Source: Candidatus Thorarchaeota archaeon (lineage in GTDB: Archaea; Asgardarchaeota; Thorarchaeia; Thorarchaeales; Thorarchaeaceae). Taken from it: a stretch of 42,091 bases of DNA. Below, one piece after another: positions 18,527 through 27,958 of this stretch. The stretch covers positions 1 through 42,091 of the forward strand of contig JAWAQK010000016.1 of assembly GCA_038893995.1 (NCBI GenBank). Direction: 5' to 3'. The position numbers and the translations under genes are program-made. The notes beneath the pieces were generated by a model. It had not been told where the DNA came from. It made no database searches and saw only the letters and a program-made list of their open reading frames with translations. Each line of letters starts with the position of its first letter. The first letter of the stretch is position 1.

Positions 18527-19196
18527 AAGTGTCATCGTTGTCATGCCAGTGAAGGGACTCAGAGACTCCAAGAGCCGACTGAGAGGCATCATGCCGGATA
18601 GCGACAGGATGGAACTGGCCCTGACAATGCTGGGCGACACTCTGAGGGCTATCCTCGCCAGCCGGGTCGCCTCGAGGACTCTGGTCATCACTCCTGACAC
18701 TTCGGTGACAAATGTGGCGAATGCTATCGGGGCAGAGACCGTAATCGATGACTCGGACCTGAATGGTGCTGTCGCCCGGATGTCCGACCTGGTCCATAGT
18801 GAGAATCCTCATGCCATGATGGTGGTCATTCCCTGTGACGTGCCGCTGCTCAGACCTGCGACACTCCAGGAAATCGTCACCAGGGCAAGGCAGCTGGGCC
18901 CACCACTAGTGATGGCAACACGCTCAAAGGACAATGGAACAAACATGCTGTTGATGAATCCGGCCGGCATCATCCGTCCGCGCTTTGGGCCCGACAGCTT
19001 TGAGGCACACAGGCAGGAAGCAATTCGTTCAGGGGCCAGGTTCGAACAGTATGTGGACACAGACCTGGAGTTTGATATTGACCGCGAGGAAGATGTGATG
19101 CTGCTCGGCAGCAGCAAGACCGATATAGAATCTCAGAGACTGGTGCGAGAGATCCTGAGATCACACCACGCACAGGGCACAGGTCATCACCACTGA
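18516..19196 (+). CDS. cofC: 2-phospho-L-lactate/PEP guanylyltransferase
   Basis: MPVKGLRDSKSRL, DLNGAV, DVPLL, GTN, FGPDSFEAH and FDID. It overlaps the cofD stop codon. Confidence 0.92.
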   Translation: MATESVIVVMPVKGLRDSKSRLRGIMPDSDRMELALTMLGDTLRAILASRVASRTLVITPDTSVTNVANAIGAETVIDDSDLNGAVARMSDLVHSENPHAMMVVIPCDVPLLRPATLQEIVTRARQLGPPLVMATRSKDNGTNMLLMNPAGIIRPRFGPDSFEAHRQEAIRSGARFEQYVDTDLEFDIDREEDVMLLGSSKTDIESQRLVREILRSHHAQGTGHHH

Positions 19197-19320
19197 TACT
19201 CAACCGGGCTCGAAAGAGACCAGGTGGACGGTCCGAGCATTCGGGGACTGGTTCGTGCATCGTCACAGTCGTAGTCGACAGGAGGGCCATACTTAAAGGC
19301 CGCGATACCCAATAGATGAC

Positions 19321-20433
19321 ATGGTCGCCCGGGTGGCAGGACGAAACCCTGTCCGAATGGCGTCCAGGAGAAAGAGAGAGTTGGAGAGACAGACTCTGGC
19401 CATTGTCCTAGTAGTGGTCATCGTCGCAGCAGGCGTTGGACTCGTCGTACTTGGTCCAACACTGTTCCCGCAAGAGCCGCGAGTGGCGATAGTCTTTGCG
19501 ACTGGTGGACTAGGCGATAAGTCATTCAACGATGCTGCCTACAAGGGTGTGATGGACTTCAAGAGAGACTATGGATGGAACTTCGCATACGCCGAACCCA
19601 CCCAAATTGCAGAATACGAGGGGTTCCTGCGTGACTTTGCTGCTCACGAGGGAAGGGCACCATACGACATCATAATCTCGATTGGCTTCGACCAGAACGA
19701 GGCGTTGTACAAAGTCGCAGGAGAATATCCGAATCAGAAGTTCGCAATAGTGGACATGTTCAACAACCGAACAAGCAATGTTGCTTCGCTGCTGTTCAGT
19801 GAGCATGAGGGTTCAGCGCTGGTCGGCGCAATCGCAGGTCTCATGACCAGGACCAACAAGCTTGGGTTCATCGGGGGTATGAACATCCCGTTGATCAACA
19901 AGTTTGCGGCTGGGTATAGATTCGGTGCCAACTACACGAACAACCAGACCACTGTGAGCATACAGTACACAGGAAGTTGGGTTGACACCGCAGCGGGCCA
20001 GGCACTTGCAGATGGCATGTACGCTTCTGGCGTGGACATAATCTTCGCGGCAGCCGGTAGATCCGGTCTCGGTGTGTTCACTAGCGCGAAGAACCTCAAC
20101 GGTACGCCTGGCTACGAGAACCCTCTGTGGGTGATAGGTGTCGACAGCCCGCAGATGTATCTGGGATGTGCAGACCCCAACAATCCTCAACCCCCGACAG
20201 TCGGTCTGACCTCGATGCTGAAGAGAGTTGACGTTGCAGTCTACAGTATCATCAAGGACGTCTACCTCAACCAGTTCACTGGCGGCATCAAGGTCTTCAA
20301 CCTGGCAAACGGAGGTCTTGACTACGAGATCAACACAGACCTGTTGACTCTACCAACCAGTGTCATCCAGGCAGTTGAGGCATTGAAGGCGGCCATAATA
20401 GCAGGAACAGTAACAGTTCCAGATACACTGTAG
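19321..20433 (+). CDS. BMP/PnrA-family ABC transporter substrate-binding protein (nucleoside/purine type)
   Basis: GGLGDKSFND, IGFDQ, FSEHEGSALVG, DIIFAAAGRSGLG, IGVDSPQ and TSMLKRVD. It has an N-terminal TM anchor rather than a lipobox, and a TATA-like CTTAAA at ~19292. Confidence 0.92.
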   Translation: MVARVAGRNPVRMASRRKRELERQTLAIVLVVVIVAAGVGLVVLGPTLFPQEPRVAIVFATGGLGDKSFNDAAYKGVMDFKRDYGWNFAYAEPTQIAEYEGFLRDFAAHEGRAPYDIIISIGFDQNEALYKVAGEYPNQKFAIVDMFNNRTSNVASLLFSEHEGSALVGAIAGLMTRTNKLGFIGGMNIPLINKFAAGYRFGANYTNNQTTVSIQYTGSWVDTAAGQALADGMYASGVDIIFAAAGRSGLGVFTSAKNLNGTPGYENPLWVIGVDSPQMYLGCADPNNPQPPTVGLTSMLKRVDVAVYSIIKDVYLNQFTGGIKVFNLANGGLDYEINTDLLTLPTSVIQAVEALKAAIIAGTVTVPDTL

Positions 20434-20486
20434 GACCCAGTCTATGAGAGAGGGCACAATGCCCTCTCATCCCATTTTTGTGAGAG

Positions 20487-20500
20487 CGAACGTTATATAG
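20487..20500 (+). promoter_or_regulatory. Putative BRE/TATA promoter for the ABC ATPase-permease genes
   Basis: CGAACGTTATATAG, located just after a T-tract (ATTTTTG, ~20474-20480) that may terminate the BMP transcript. Confidence 0.6.
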
Positions 20501-20563
20501 TCTGGCAGAGCTCAGGCCATGCGTCGGTGTAGGGATTCGGTCTACCCGCAGGAGGAAGCCTGA

Positions 20564-22147
20564 ATCTACGCAGTCGAGCTCGAGAACATAAGCAAGACGT
20601 TCCCTGGCGGGGTCATCGCAAACCGAGACATCACACTGAGGATAGTAGAGGGAGAGATCCACGCACTGCTCGGTGAGAACGGTGCTGGAAAGACGACTCT
20701 GATGAACATCCTGTACGGTCTCATTTCAAAAGACAGCGGAAGGATCATTGTCAGGGGAGAGGTTGTCGAGCCACGCTCTCCCATGGACATGATAGCCCGA
20801 GGCGTAGGGATGGTCCACCAGCACTTCAAGCTGATCCCAACTCTCACAGTCACCGAGAACGTGGTCCTTGGCATGGAACCCGCCGGCTCTCTCGTCAGGC
20901 TGGGCGGGGCAGGGAAGATGTTGAGCGGACTCATGCCAATGGACCTCAGAGCCGCAGCCAAGAGAATCAGGGTGATTGCTCAGGAGAACAGAATGCTGGT
21001 AGACCCAAACGCGCGGGTTCAGGACATCCCCATCGGTGTTCAGCAGCGGGTGGAGATCATCAAGTGCCTCTACAGGTCCGCAAACATCCTCATCCTAGAC
21101 GAACCCACCTCAGTATTGACACCTCAGGAAGTGGACGACCTGTTCGTGACGCTTGAGAGATTCCGAGAGAGCGGGAAGACCATCATCCTGATAACTCACA
21201 AGCTGCGAGAGCCAATGATGCTTGCGGACAGGATCACCGTACTGAGAGATGGCGCGCTCGTGAAGACAGTTCAGAAGAAGGACACCTCACCTGCTGAGCT
21301 GGCCAGAATGATGGTGGGGCGTCCTGTGGAGTTCACTGTGGAGAAGCCACCTACGACACCTGGACCGGTGGTCCTCGAGGTCACAGGACTCGGACTAGAG
21401 GTAGAGGGTAGGTCCGTACTCAAGGACATCAATCTCAGTGTCAGACAGGGAGAGATACTGGGCATTGCAGGAGTGGAGGGGAATGGCCAGACCGAACTTG
21501 TTGAGACAGTGGCGGGGCTCAGGAGACCAACACGAGGACGAGTCCTGGTCGCGGGAATTGACGTCACAGGGAAGGGCGTAAGACAGGTACGTGCGGCTGG
21601 ACTCTGTCATATTCCCGAGGATCGCCAGAAGAGAGGACTCGTACTGGGTTTCAGCGTGGAGGAGAATCTCATACTGGGCTCGCACAGGCTTCCAAGTACG
21701 ACGACTGGTCCCGCTCACGCACTGTTGAACCACGCTGCGGTAAGGGGAATCTCGTCCGAGCTTGTGCAGAAGTTCTCGATAAGGTTGCCTACTGTGACCG
21801 CACTTGCAGGCACTCTCTCCGGTGGGAACCAGCAGAAGGTGGTCGTGGCCCGAGAGCTCTCTTCTGGACCAAAGGCCGTTCTTGCTGCTCAGCCAACGCG
21901 CGGGCTAGATGTAGGTGCCACCGAACAGATCCACAGACTACTCATCGAGATGAGGAATGCAGGTGCTGGAATACTTCTGGTGTCAGCAGAACTCGACGAG
22001 GTGCGAAGTCTCTCTGACCGCATCGCGGTGATGTTCAATGGTAGAATTGTAGCATTCCGAGAGCCTGACACGAGTCCTGAGGAGCTGGGGCTTCTCATGG
22101 CAGGTCAGTCGGTAGATGACAGAACAGAGGTCGAATCGTCGGTATGA
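20564..22147 (+). CDS. ABC transporter ATP-binding protein with two tandem NBDs (CUT2/nucleoside type); start codon non-canonical
   Basis: The frame is open from ATC 20564 (IYAVELENISKTFPGG...GENGAGKTTL). Also HQHF, LILDEPT, ITHKL, LSGGNQQK and QPTRGLDVGA. The called ATG 20702 lies after Walker A. Confidence 0.9.
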   Translation: MYAVELENISKTFPGGVIANRDITLRIVEGEIHALLGENGAGKTTLMNILYGLISKDSGRIIVRGEVVEPRSPMDMIARGVGMVHQHFKLIPTLTVTENVVLGMEPAGSLVRLGGAGKMLSGLMPMDLRAAAKRIRVIAQENRMLVDPNARVQDIPIGVQQRVEIIKCLYRSANILILDEPTSVLTPQEVDDLFVTLERFRESGKTIILITHKLREPMMLADRITVLRDGALVKTVQKKDTSPAELARMMVGRPVEFTVEKPPTTPGPVVLEVTGLGLEVEGRSVLKDINLSVRQGEILGIAGVEGNGQTELVETVAGLRRPTRGRVLVAGIDVTGKGVRQVRAAGLCHIPEDRQKRGLVLGFSVEENLILGSHRLPSTTTGPAHALLNHAAVRGISSELVQKFSIRLPTVTALAGTLSGGNQQKVVVARELSSGPKAVLAAQPTRGLDVGATEQIHRLLIEMRNAGAGILLVSAELDEVRSLSDRIAVMFNGRIVAFREPDTSPEELGLLMAGQSVDDRTEVESSV

Positions 22148-23646
22148 GCGAAGATGAGTCAATGGCCAGACAGGGCTCAGTCGAGGAGGCGGACTCCCTC
22201 GCCACAAGAGTCAGGTCTCTAGTCCGTAACGGGACATCGAGACTAGTCGAGCGGGCAACAAGTGAGGAAACTATGAAGCAACTCCTCTGGACCGGTGGAT
22301 CGATCGTCCTGTCCCTGCTGATTGTCGCGGCGATCATGATGCTCGTGGGCTACAACCCGCTGCTGGCCTACATAGCGCTATTCAGGGGCATACTAGTACA
22401 GTTGGACCGTGTCCTTTTCTACGCCACGCCGCTCATCTTCACCGGTCTCTCGGTGGCCTTCGCGTTCAAGTGCGGGCTCTTCAACATCGGACCGGAGGGC
22501 CAACTCTACATCGGTGCGATGGCTGCAGCCATCATCGGATACATGGTGGCATTGCCGATCATTGTACATCCGCTCGCCTGCCTAGTAGTGGCAGGTCTCT
22601 CCGGATTTGCATATGGTTTCCTACCGGGTCTTCTGAAGGCGTACAGGGGTGCACACGAGGTCGTCACCACCATGATGTTGAGCTACATTGCGCTGCTGTT
22701 CACTCAGTGGCTCGTCACCTATCCACTCAAGGAACCAGGTGAGCAACAGTGGATTGCCCAGACCCCACCCCTGTTCTCCACGGCCTGGCTTCCCAGTCTC
22801 TTCGGTTCTCCCTTCCTGCACGCAGGTCTGATCCTAGCGGTCCTTGCTGTCATCGCTGTGGACTTCATCATCAACCACACAGTACTCGGATATGAAATGC
22901 GAGCAGTGGGACTGAATGCAGAAGCGGCTCGTACCGCAGGAATAGACATCAGACTCAACACCGCACTTGCACTAGGGATTGCTGGCTCACTCGCAGGTAT
23001 TGGAGGTGCGTCGGAGATCATGGGATACCACCACCGCTTTCGAGATGCCTGGTCGACCGGTCTCGGGTGGGACGGCATCACAGTGGCTGTCCTGGGCAGA
23101 AACAATCCGTGGGGAGTCCTACTTGGTGCGTTGTTCTTCGGCGCGCTGAGAGCAGGAGGAAACACCATGCAGTATCAGGCAGGCGTCCCTGCCGAGATGG
23201 TCAGCGTGATCCAGGGATTCATCGTACTGTTCGTGGCTGCCCCAAGGATCGTCCAGTGGGTCATCAAGAGAGGTGGTGAGTACTCGGCCTGGGTGAGGGA
23301 TGCACGAGTGCCTGGTCTGACCCATCTGTCGATGACCCTGTGGACGGCACTGTCACCCATCATCGCCATTACGGTTGCGTCGGCAGCACCCTCGATCGCA
23401 GTACAGTCTGTCCTGGCACTCGCTGCGGCGACCAGCGTGTACGCCTTCATCGGGATGCTCAGAAGGGACCGACGCGGACTGAAATGGGCACTGATTGCCT
23501 CACTCCTCTGGGGTGGCGCGACTCTGGCCTCGCTCCTAGAGGGGGTGCCCAGCTCGCTACCCACACTGGTCATGGCAATCGTCGGATCGAGCATTGCTGC
23601 ACTGGGATGGCGTGTCAAGGCAGAGGGGCCACACATGGGGGACTGA
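22144..23646 (+). CDS. Nucleoside-type ABC transporter permease 1 with a C-terminal membrane extension
   Basis: ATPLIFTGLSV, GLFNIGPEGQ, HEVVTTMML, GYEMRAVG and GWDGITVAVLGRNNP. ATGA overlap with the ATPase gene. Confidence 0.92.
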   Translation: MSEDESMARQGSVEEADSLATRVRSLVRNGTSRLVERATSEETMKQLLWTGGSIVLSLLIVAAIMMLVGYNPLLAYIALFRGILVQLDRVLFYATPLIFTGLSVAFAFKCGLFNIGPEGQLYIGAMAAAIIGYMVALPIIVHPLACLVVAGLSGFAYGFLPGLLKAYRGAHEVVTTMMLSYIALLFTQWLVTYPLKEPGEQQWIAQTPPLFSTAWLPSLFGSPFLHAGLILAVLAVIAVDFIINHTVLGYEMRAVGLNAEAARTAGIDIRLNTALALGIAGSLAGIGGASEIMGYHHRFRDAWSTGLGWDGITVAVLGRNNPWGVLLGALFFGALRAGGNTMQYQAGVPAEMVSVIQGFIVLFVAAPRIVQWVIKRGGEYSAWVRDARVPGLTHLSMTLWTALSPIIAITVASAAPSIAVQSVLALAAATSVYAFIGMLRRDRRGLKWALIASLLWGGATLASLLEGVPSSLPTLVMAIVGSSIAALGWRVKAEGPHMGD

Positions 23647-23653
23647 TGACCGT

Positions 23654-24610
23654 ATGCAACAGATCGATCCCGTGTTGTTTGCATGGTTACTGAAGACGAC
23701 CCTGCAGATGTCCACACCTCTGGTCATCACTGCGCTCGGGGGCATGTTCTCAGAGAGGTCGGGAGTAGTCAATATCGGTCTCGAGGGTATGATGCTCACT
23801 GGTGCGTTCGCGGCCGCAGCCGGGTCTCACTATACTGGCAACCCGTGGCTTGGTGTACTGTGTGCAATTGCAGCAGGTGCGGGACTGGGATTCATTCACG
23901 CCCTCGTCTGTGTCAAGTTCAAGGGCAATCAGATCGTGAGCGGAACGGGGATAATCCTGGCCGGATTTGGTCTGACCACTGTCGGGCTTGAGGTCATATG
24001 GGGCAGGAAGGGGGTATCAGACTCTGTGACGGGCCTTCCCAACATGGTGATCCCGGGCATTGGTCAGATACCCCTGATCGGTGGTTTCCTCGAGGTCGCC
24101 ATCAGCTCAATCTCGCCGCTGGTCGTCGTCATGTTCTTACTAGTTCCAGCATGCTACTATGTCATGTACAAGACCCCCCTGGGACTCAGGATAAGATCGG
24201 CGGGAGAGGACCCCAGCACGCTTGATACAGCCGGAGTCGACGTCGACCTGACAAGAATGCTCGCAGTCGTAGTGAGCGGAGCCCTCGCAGGTCTTGGTGG
24301 AGCCCACCTGTCAATAGGAATCGAGAACTTCTTCGCGAAGAACATGACTGCCGGCAGGGGATTCATCTCGCTAGCAGCGCTGATCTTTGGAAACTGGACG
24401 CCGATTGGTTGTTTCCTCGCAGGGTTGTTCTTCGGATTCCTCTATGGTCTTCAGTACTTTGTGGCCCTTCAGTTCCCGGACCTCGTTGCCCTATCGAACT
24501 TCTTCAGGATGATACCCTTTGCCGTAGTCATTGTTACGATTGCAGGGATACGACGGTCAATACCGCCAAGGGCAATAGGGGTGCCATACGAGAAGGAACA
24601 GAGGGCATAG
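23654..24610 (+). CDS. Nucleoside-type ABC transporter permease 2
   Basis: SERSGVVNIGLEGMML, NQIVSG, TPLGLRIRSAGE and AGRGFISLAALIFGNW. ATG 23654 is preferred over 23594. Confidence 0.92.
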   Translation: MQQIDPVLFAWLLKTTLQMSTPLVITALGGMFSERSGVVNIGLEGMMLTGAFAAAAGSHYTGNPWLGVLCAIAAGAGLGFIHALVCVKFKGNQIVSGTGIILAGFGLTTVGLEVIWGRKGVSDSVTGLPNMVIPGIGQIPLIGGFLEVAISSISPLVVVMFLLVPACYYVMYKTPLGLRIRSAGEDPSTLDTAGVDVDLTRMLAVVVSGALAGLGGAHLSIGIENFFAKNMTAGRGFISLAALIFGNWTPIGCFLAGLFFGFLYGLQYFVALQFPDLVALSNFFRMIPFAVVIVTIAGIRRSIPPRAIGVPYEKEQRA

Positions 24611-24629
24611 GATAGATCGTCGGTTGAAG

Positions 24630-24641
24630 TGAAAAAGAGGG
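24630..24641 (-). terminator. Putative T-tract terminator of the 24684-26033 gene
   Basis: The minus strand reads CCCTCTTTTTC about 45 nt after the stop, between convergent genes. Confidence 0.4.
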
Positions 24642-24683
24642 ATGGGAAATGGACCGTCGTCCACTTCCCGCACCGAGGCTACA

Positions 24684-26033
24684 CTACCTGCGTCTTGCTA
24701 TGACTACGAGCGCCACGACACCGACCACGATTGCGGCAATCACGATGATTCCGCCGCCACCGCCACCAGCTATCGATACGTTGGTGTAGGCCACGTAGGT
24801 CGGGTCTTGCTGCACGCGGTACCCATTCCATTCAGGGAATGTGACAGCATACCACCACTGAGAGTTGTGGAATGCATTCATGGCATTTGCCGCGAGCTGT
24901 GGGACACCTGCGTACATTGACCTGACTCTGGCAGACAGACCGTAGGCCATGTGAGCAAATATCAGTGCCGAGAAGGGAGCCTGCCATGCGATCAGAGCGA
25001 AGTCATCCCGACGGGCGCCCAGCAGGCAGTTCAGTGCCTGGTAGTCATCGCCCAGCAATGTCCAGGGAGTCGTGGACTCGTCGTAGAGCGAGTATCTTCG
25101 ACCCAGTCCAATGTCGAATGCCCTCTCACTCGAACCAATCTTGATCGTGATGTTGTCAGAGGCTGGAGTCGTTGATGTCGGTGGAGTGATCGTGTGTCCG
25201 GTCGACGAGCGTGTAACGTTGTAGTTGCTCGTGAAGATCGAGAGGTAGTGGACGGCACTGATCTCCATCGTGTCCTTGATCACGAGGCTTGGGTCAATCT
25301 CGAAACCAAGATACTTCATCCTCGTGACCTGACCTATCGTGTAGAGAGTCTCGGCCCTGACCACACCATCTGCCCCCACACGAACGTCATACTGCACCAC
25401 GAACTCGCTGATCAGAATGTTCATGATCGGTAGCAGCAATGACAACCAGAAGCCCGCGGGATTGTTGGCATCGACCACCCTACAGGTCAGATTGGTGTAC
25501 CTCATTCCGAACCTGAAGTGATAGGGTTCCACCACTGTGACTGGGATCGCCTCAACGTCCGCCTCGACGTCTGGCCAAGAGGTGTCTCTTGCAAGAGGAA
25601 CGATGAACCAGGCGTTCTCGTTGCCGACATCCGGCAGATTGTTGTTGCCATAGCTCTCGTTATGGACCAGGAGGAAGGCGAATATGGCACCGATGAATAC
25701 CTCCTTGTTAGACGGTGTCAGGTAGTGCATCCCAAACAACTGATATGGGAGCACGAACTTCAGTCCCTCAGTCGTGTAGATCTCGTTGAATGCAATGAGG
25801 AATGCCTGGAAGTCACTGACACGGACATACGAGGCAGTCATCGTCGCATTCGCTCCGGTGCCCAGTCGGACTGGGATCGAGCTGTTGGTCCAGTAGTCCT
25901 CGGCAAACGTGTGTCCAAATACTGCAGCCTCGTCGCCTGGCGTATAGCCGACGACCAGAGGCGTCAGGCTCGCTGGCACGACCAGCAGGAGCACTAGAGC
26001 CAGTGCAAAGGTCCTGTACGTGTCTAGGCTCAT
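24684..26033 (-). CDS. Secreted beta-rich surface protein with a C-terminal TM anchor, function unknown
   Basis: Signal peptide, several NxS/T sequons, a GGGGG linker, a TM helix and RRR. TATATA lies at ~26056-26061 upstream. Confidence 0.85.
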   Translation of the reverse strand: MSLDTYRTFALALVLLLVVPASLTPLVVGYTPGDEAAVFGHTFAEDYWTNSSIPVRLGTGANATMTASYVRVSDFQAFLIAFNEIYTTEGLKFVLPYQLFGMHYLTPSNKEVFIGAIFAFLLVHNESYGNNNLPDVGNENAWFIVPLARDTSWPDVEADVEAIPVTVVEPYHFRFGMRYTNLTCRVVDANNPAGFWLSLLLPIMNILISEFVVQYDVRVGADGVVRAETLYTIGQVTRMKYLGFEIDPSLVIKDTMEISAVHYLSIFTSNYNVTRSSTGHTITPPTSTTPASDNITIKIGSSERAFDIGLGRRYSLYDESTTPWTLLGDDYQALNCLLGARRDDFALIAWQAPFSALIFAHMAYGLSARVRSMYAGVPQLAANAMNAFHNSQWWYAVTFPEWNGYRVQQDPTYVAYTNVSIAGGGGGGIIVIAAIVVGVVALVVIARRR

Positions 26034-26214
26034 GTGATCCTCATCGTAGCCGGCATATATACGGCCTATGAACGAGATGTCTGGATGAATCGTATGGATG
26101 AATCATCCATTCGACGGGCCGGCACAGCAATCACACCTCACTCTCATCCAGACACTAGAGGCCTGTCACATACCGCAGGGTCCAGCGGTGCGTCGGACTG
26201 CATTCCAGAGGGGC

Positions 26215-27873
26215 TCACAGAGATTGACCGCACTTGGGACAGAACTTGGCACCCCTTGTCTCAGCACCACACTTGGGACATCTGCCAGAATATGAGTCCC
26301 ATAGCGCCTGTACTCGCTCGAGAACACCCTCTCTCAACAGCTGTCTGGACTGAAGTGCACTGAGGCCTCTCGAGAGTTTCTCACGCCCCTCCGGGTTGGT
26401 GAACAGGTTGCCTCTCGTGCATGCGCCCATGAGGTCACCCCTGAATCCCGGGACCCGAAGCATCCACTGGTCAATGAGACCCCTGAATGTCTGTTCAAGA
26501 CCCTTGTCGACGGGGATCAACTCAACTCGTTCGCCGATCCTGTCCTCTGGGATCACCATAGGTACCACTACAGCGTACGAATTGTCCTCGTAGATGCCGA
26601 CATAGGTATGAATCTGAATCTGTGTGAGTGGAGTGATTCCGGCTATTGAGCTGCTCTCTATAGATAGCGATGTCAGCCTGAGGAACTCAGACTGATGGTC
26701 GCCGATTGCGTCATCGAGTGCCTTTAGGACCCTGTCGGCTGAGTTCTTGACATTCGTCCTGAGTTCATTCAGCTCCGCAAGTGCACGATCCATCTCCTGC
26801 CGGGTCTGTTCCACACGTCTGGTCTTCTCAGCGAGCTGCTTCTGTGTCTCCGAATCGATACGCGAGATCTCCTCCCTGACCCTCGTCTCCGTGGTCTCAG
26901 CAGACCTCCTGATCTCGTCCGATTTCCTGTCGACGTCTCTGATCACCTCGGCATAACGTGGAACAGACTTTGAGATCTCATCTGTGAGGCGTCCGTACCT
27001 TGACAGAGCAGATACGACGTTGTCACCACACTGGCCAACCTCAGCCCGGGCAGACCTGACTCTCTCTAGTATGTCCTCGAAGAAGCGTTCTATGTCCCCC
27101 ATTGACCTCGATAGCTCAGCCGTGAGCGCCCGCAGTTCCATCTTCTGCTTCTCTCTGGCAGAATACTCCATGTCCTTCTGTTGCTTCCTCAGAGTCTCGC
27201 TGTCCTGCTGAACACGCTCCTCCGCCTGCCGGAGACGTAGGTCCCATTTACCCTTCTCACTGGAGATGACGTTGTCGAGTACCGTGATATGACTGCCCAA
27301 TCTCTCCTGGGCAACTCGCCTCAGCTCCTCGAGAGTGTCCACTCTCATCCGACAGGCCTCTAGCAGTCTCTTGTACTCCTCCGCCATTGACAGGGCCTTC
27401 TGCGAATCCGTTCTCATCTCCATCAGATTGGGCGAGGATGACAGGTCTGCCTCCGACGTCAGTGCCCCCACACCCTGAAGCAACTCTGGCGGAACGACAT
27501 TTCCGATCTTCTGAACAGACTTATCGATATGCTCTACCGCAGAAAGAAGTCGATCTCGGAGTTTCACCACATCTGCTGCCTCGTGGATCTCGGTCGTCAG
27601 GATACGTCTGAACTCATTGAGTCTCTTCCTGTCGGTCAGTTCGACGGTCTGATCGACACCACCAGATGCTGCCACCAGAAGAGAGCGGTGAGGCGTCACC
27701 TGGACTGCCCAGATAGGAAAGACGACAGGAGAGAACTTTGTGACCGTCTTCCGCCCTCCCCTGGCACTCTCGACTGACAGGAGGGCGAGGGGAGTCACAA
27801 GATCGTCACTCACCGGCTCAAGTCGGCCACCGGTCCTCCGAAAACCCGATGCAATTGCAAGATATCTGACCAC
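26215..27873 (-). CDS. Long coiled-coil protein with a C-terminal zinc ribbon
   Basis: About 240 aa of E/K/R/Q-rich heptads between two globular segments. It ends in CPKCG-x7-CPKCG. Confidence 0.85.
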   Translation of the reverse strand: MVRYLAIASGFRRTGGRLEPVSDDLVTPLALLSVESARGGRKTVTKFSPVVFPIWAVQVTPHRSLLVAASGGVDQTVELTDRKRLNEFRRILTTEIHEAADVVKLRDRLLSAVEHIDKSVQKIGNVVPPELLQGVGALTSEADLSSSPNLMEMRTDSQKALSMAEEYKRLLEACRMRVDTLEELRRVAQERLGSHITVLDNVISSEKGKWDLRLRQAEERVQQDSETLRKQQKDMEYSAREKQKMELRALTAELSRSMGDIERFFEDILERVRSARAEVGQCGDNVVSALSRYGRLTDEISKSVPRYAEVIRDVDRKSDEIRRSAETTETRVREEISRIDSETQKQLAEKTRRVEQTRQEMDRALAELNELRTNVKNSADRVLKALDDAIGDHQSEFLRLTSLSIESSSIAGITPLTQIQIHTYVGIYEDNSYAVVVPMVIPEDRIGERVELIPVDKGLEQTFRGLIDQWMLRVPGFRGDLMGACTRGNLFTNPEGREKLSRGLSALQSRQLLREGVLERVQALWDSYSGRCPKCGAETRGAKFCPKCGQSL

Positions 27874-27958
27874 TCAAACACCCCTGAATTGAAACCAAGC
27901 CACGTGCCCCCAATTATGTGTTGTGATGACACGGGCACGGATCCAGGTCCCCCGGGGT

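Noticed and set aside
20561-20563. Selenocysteine recoding of the in-frame TGA (also the TGA at 7387-7389)
   Set aside because: Neither TGA is at a conserved Cys or redox position, and no SECIS-like element was recognised.
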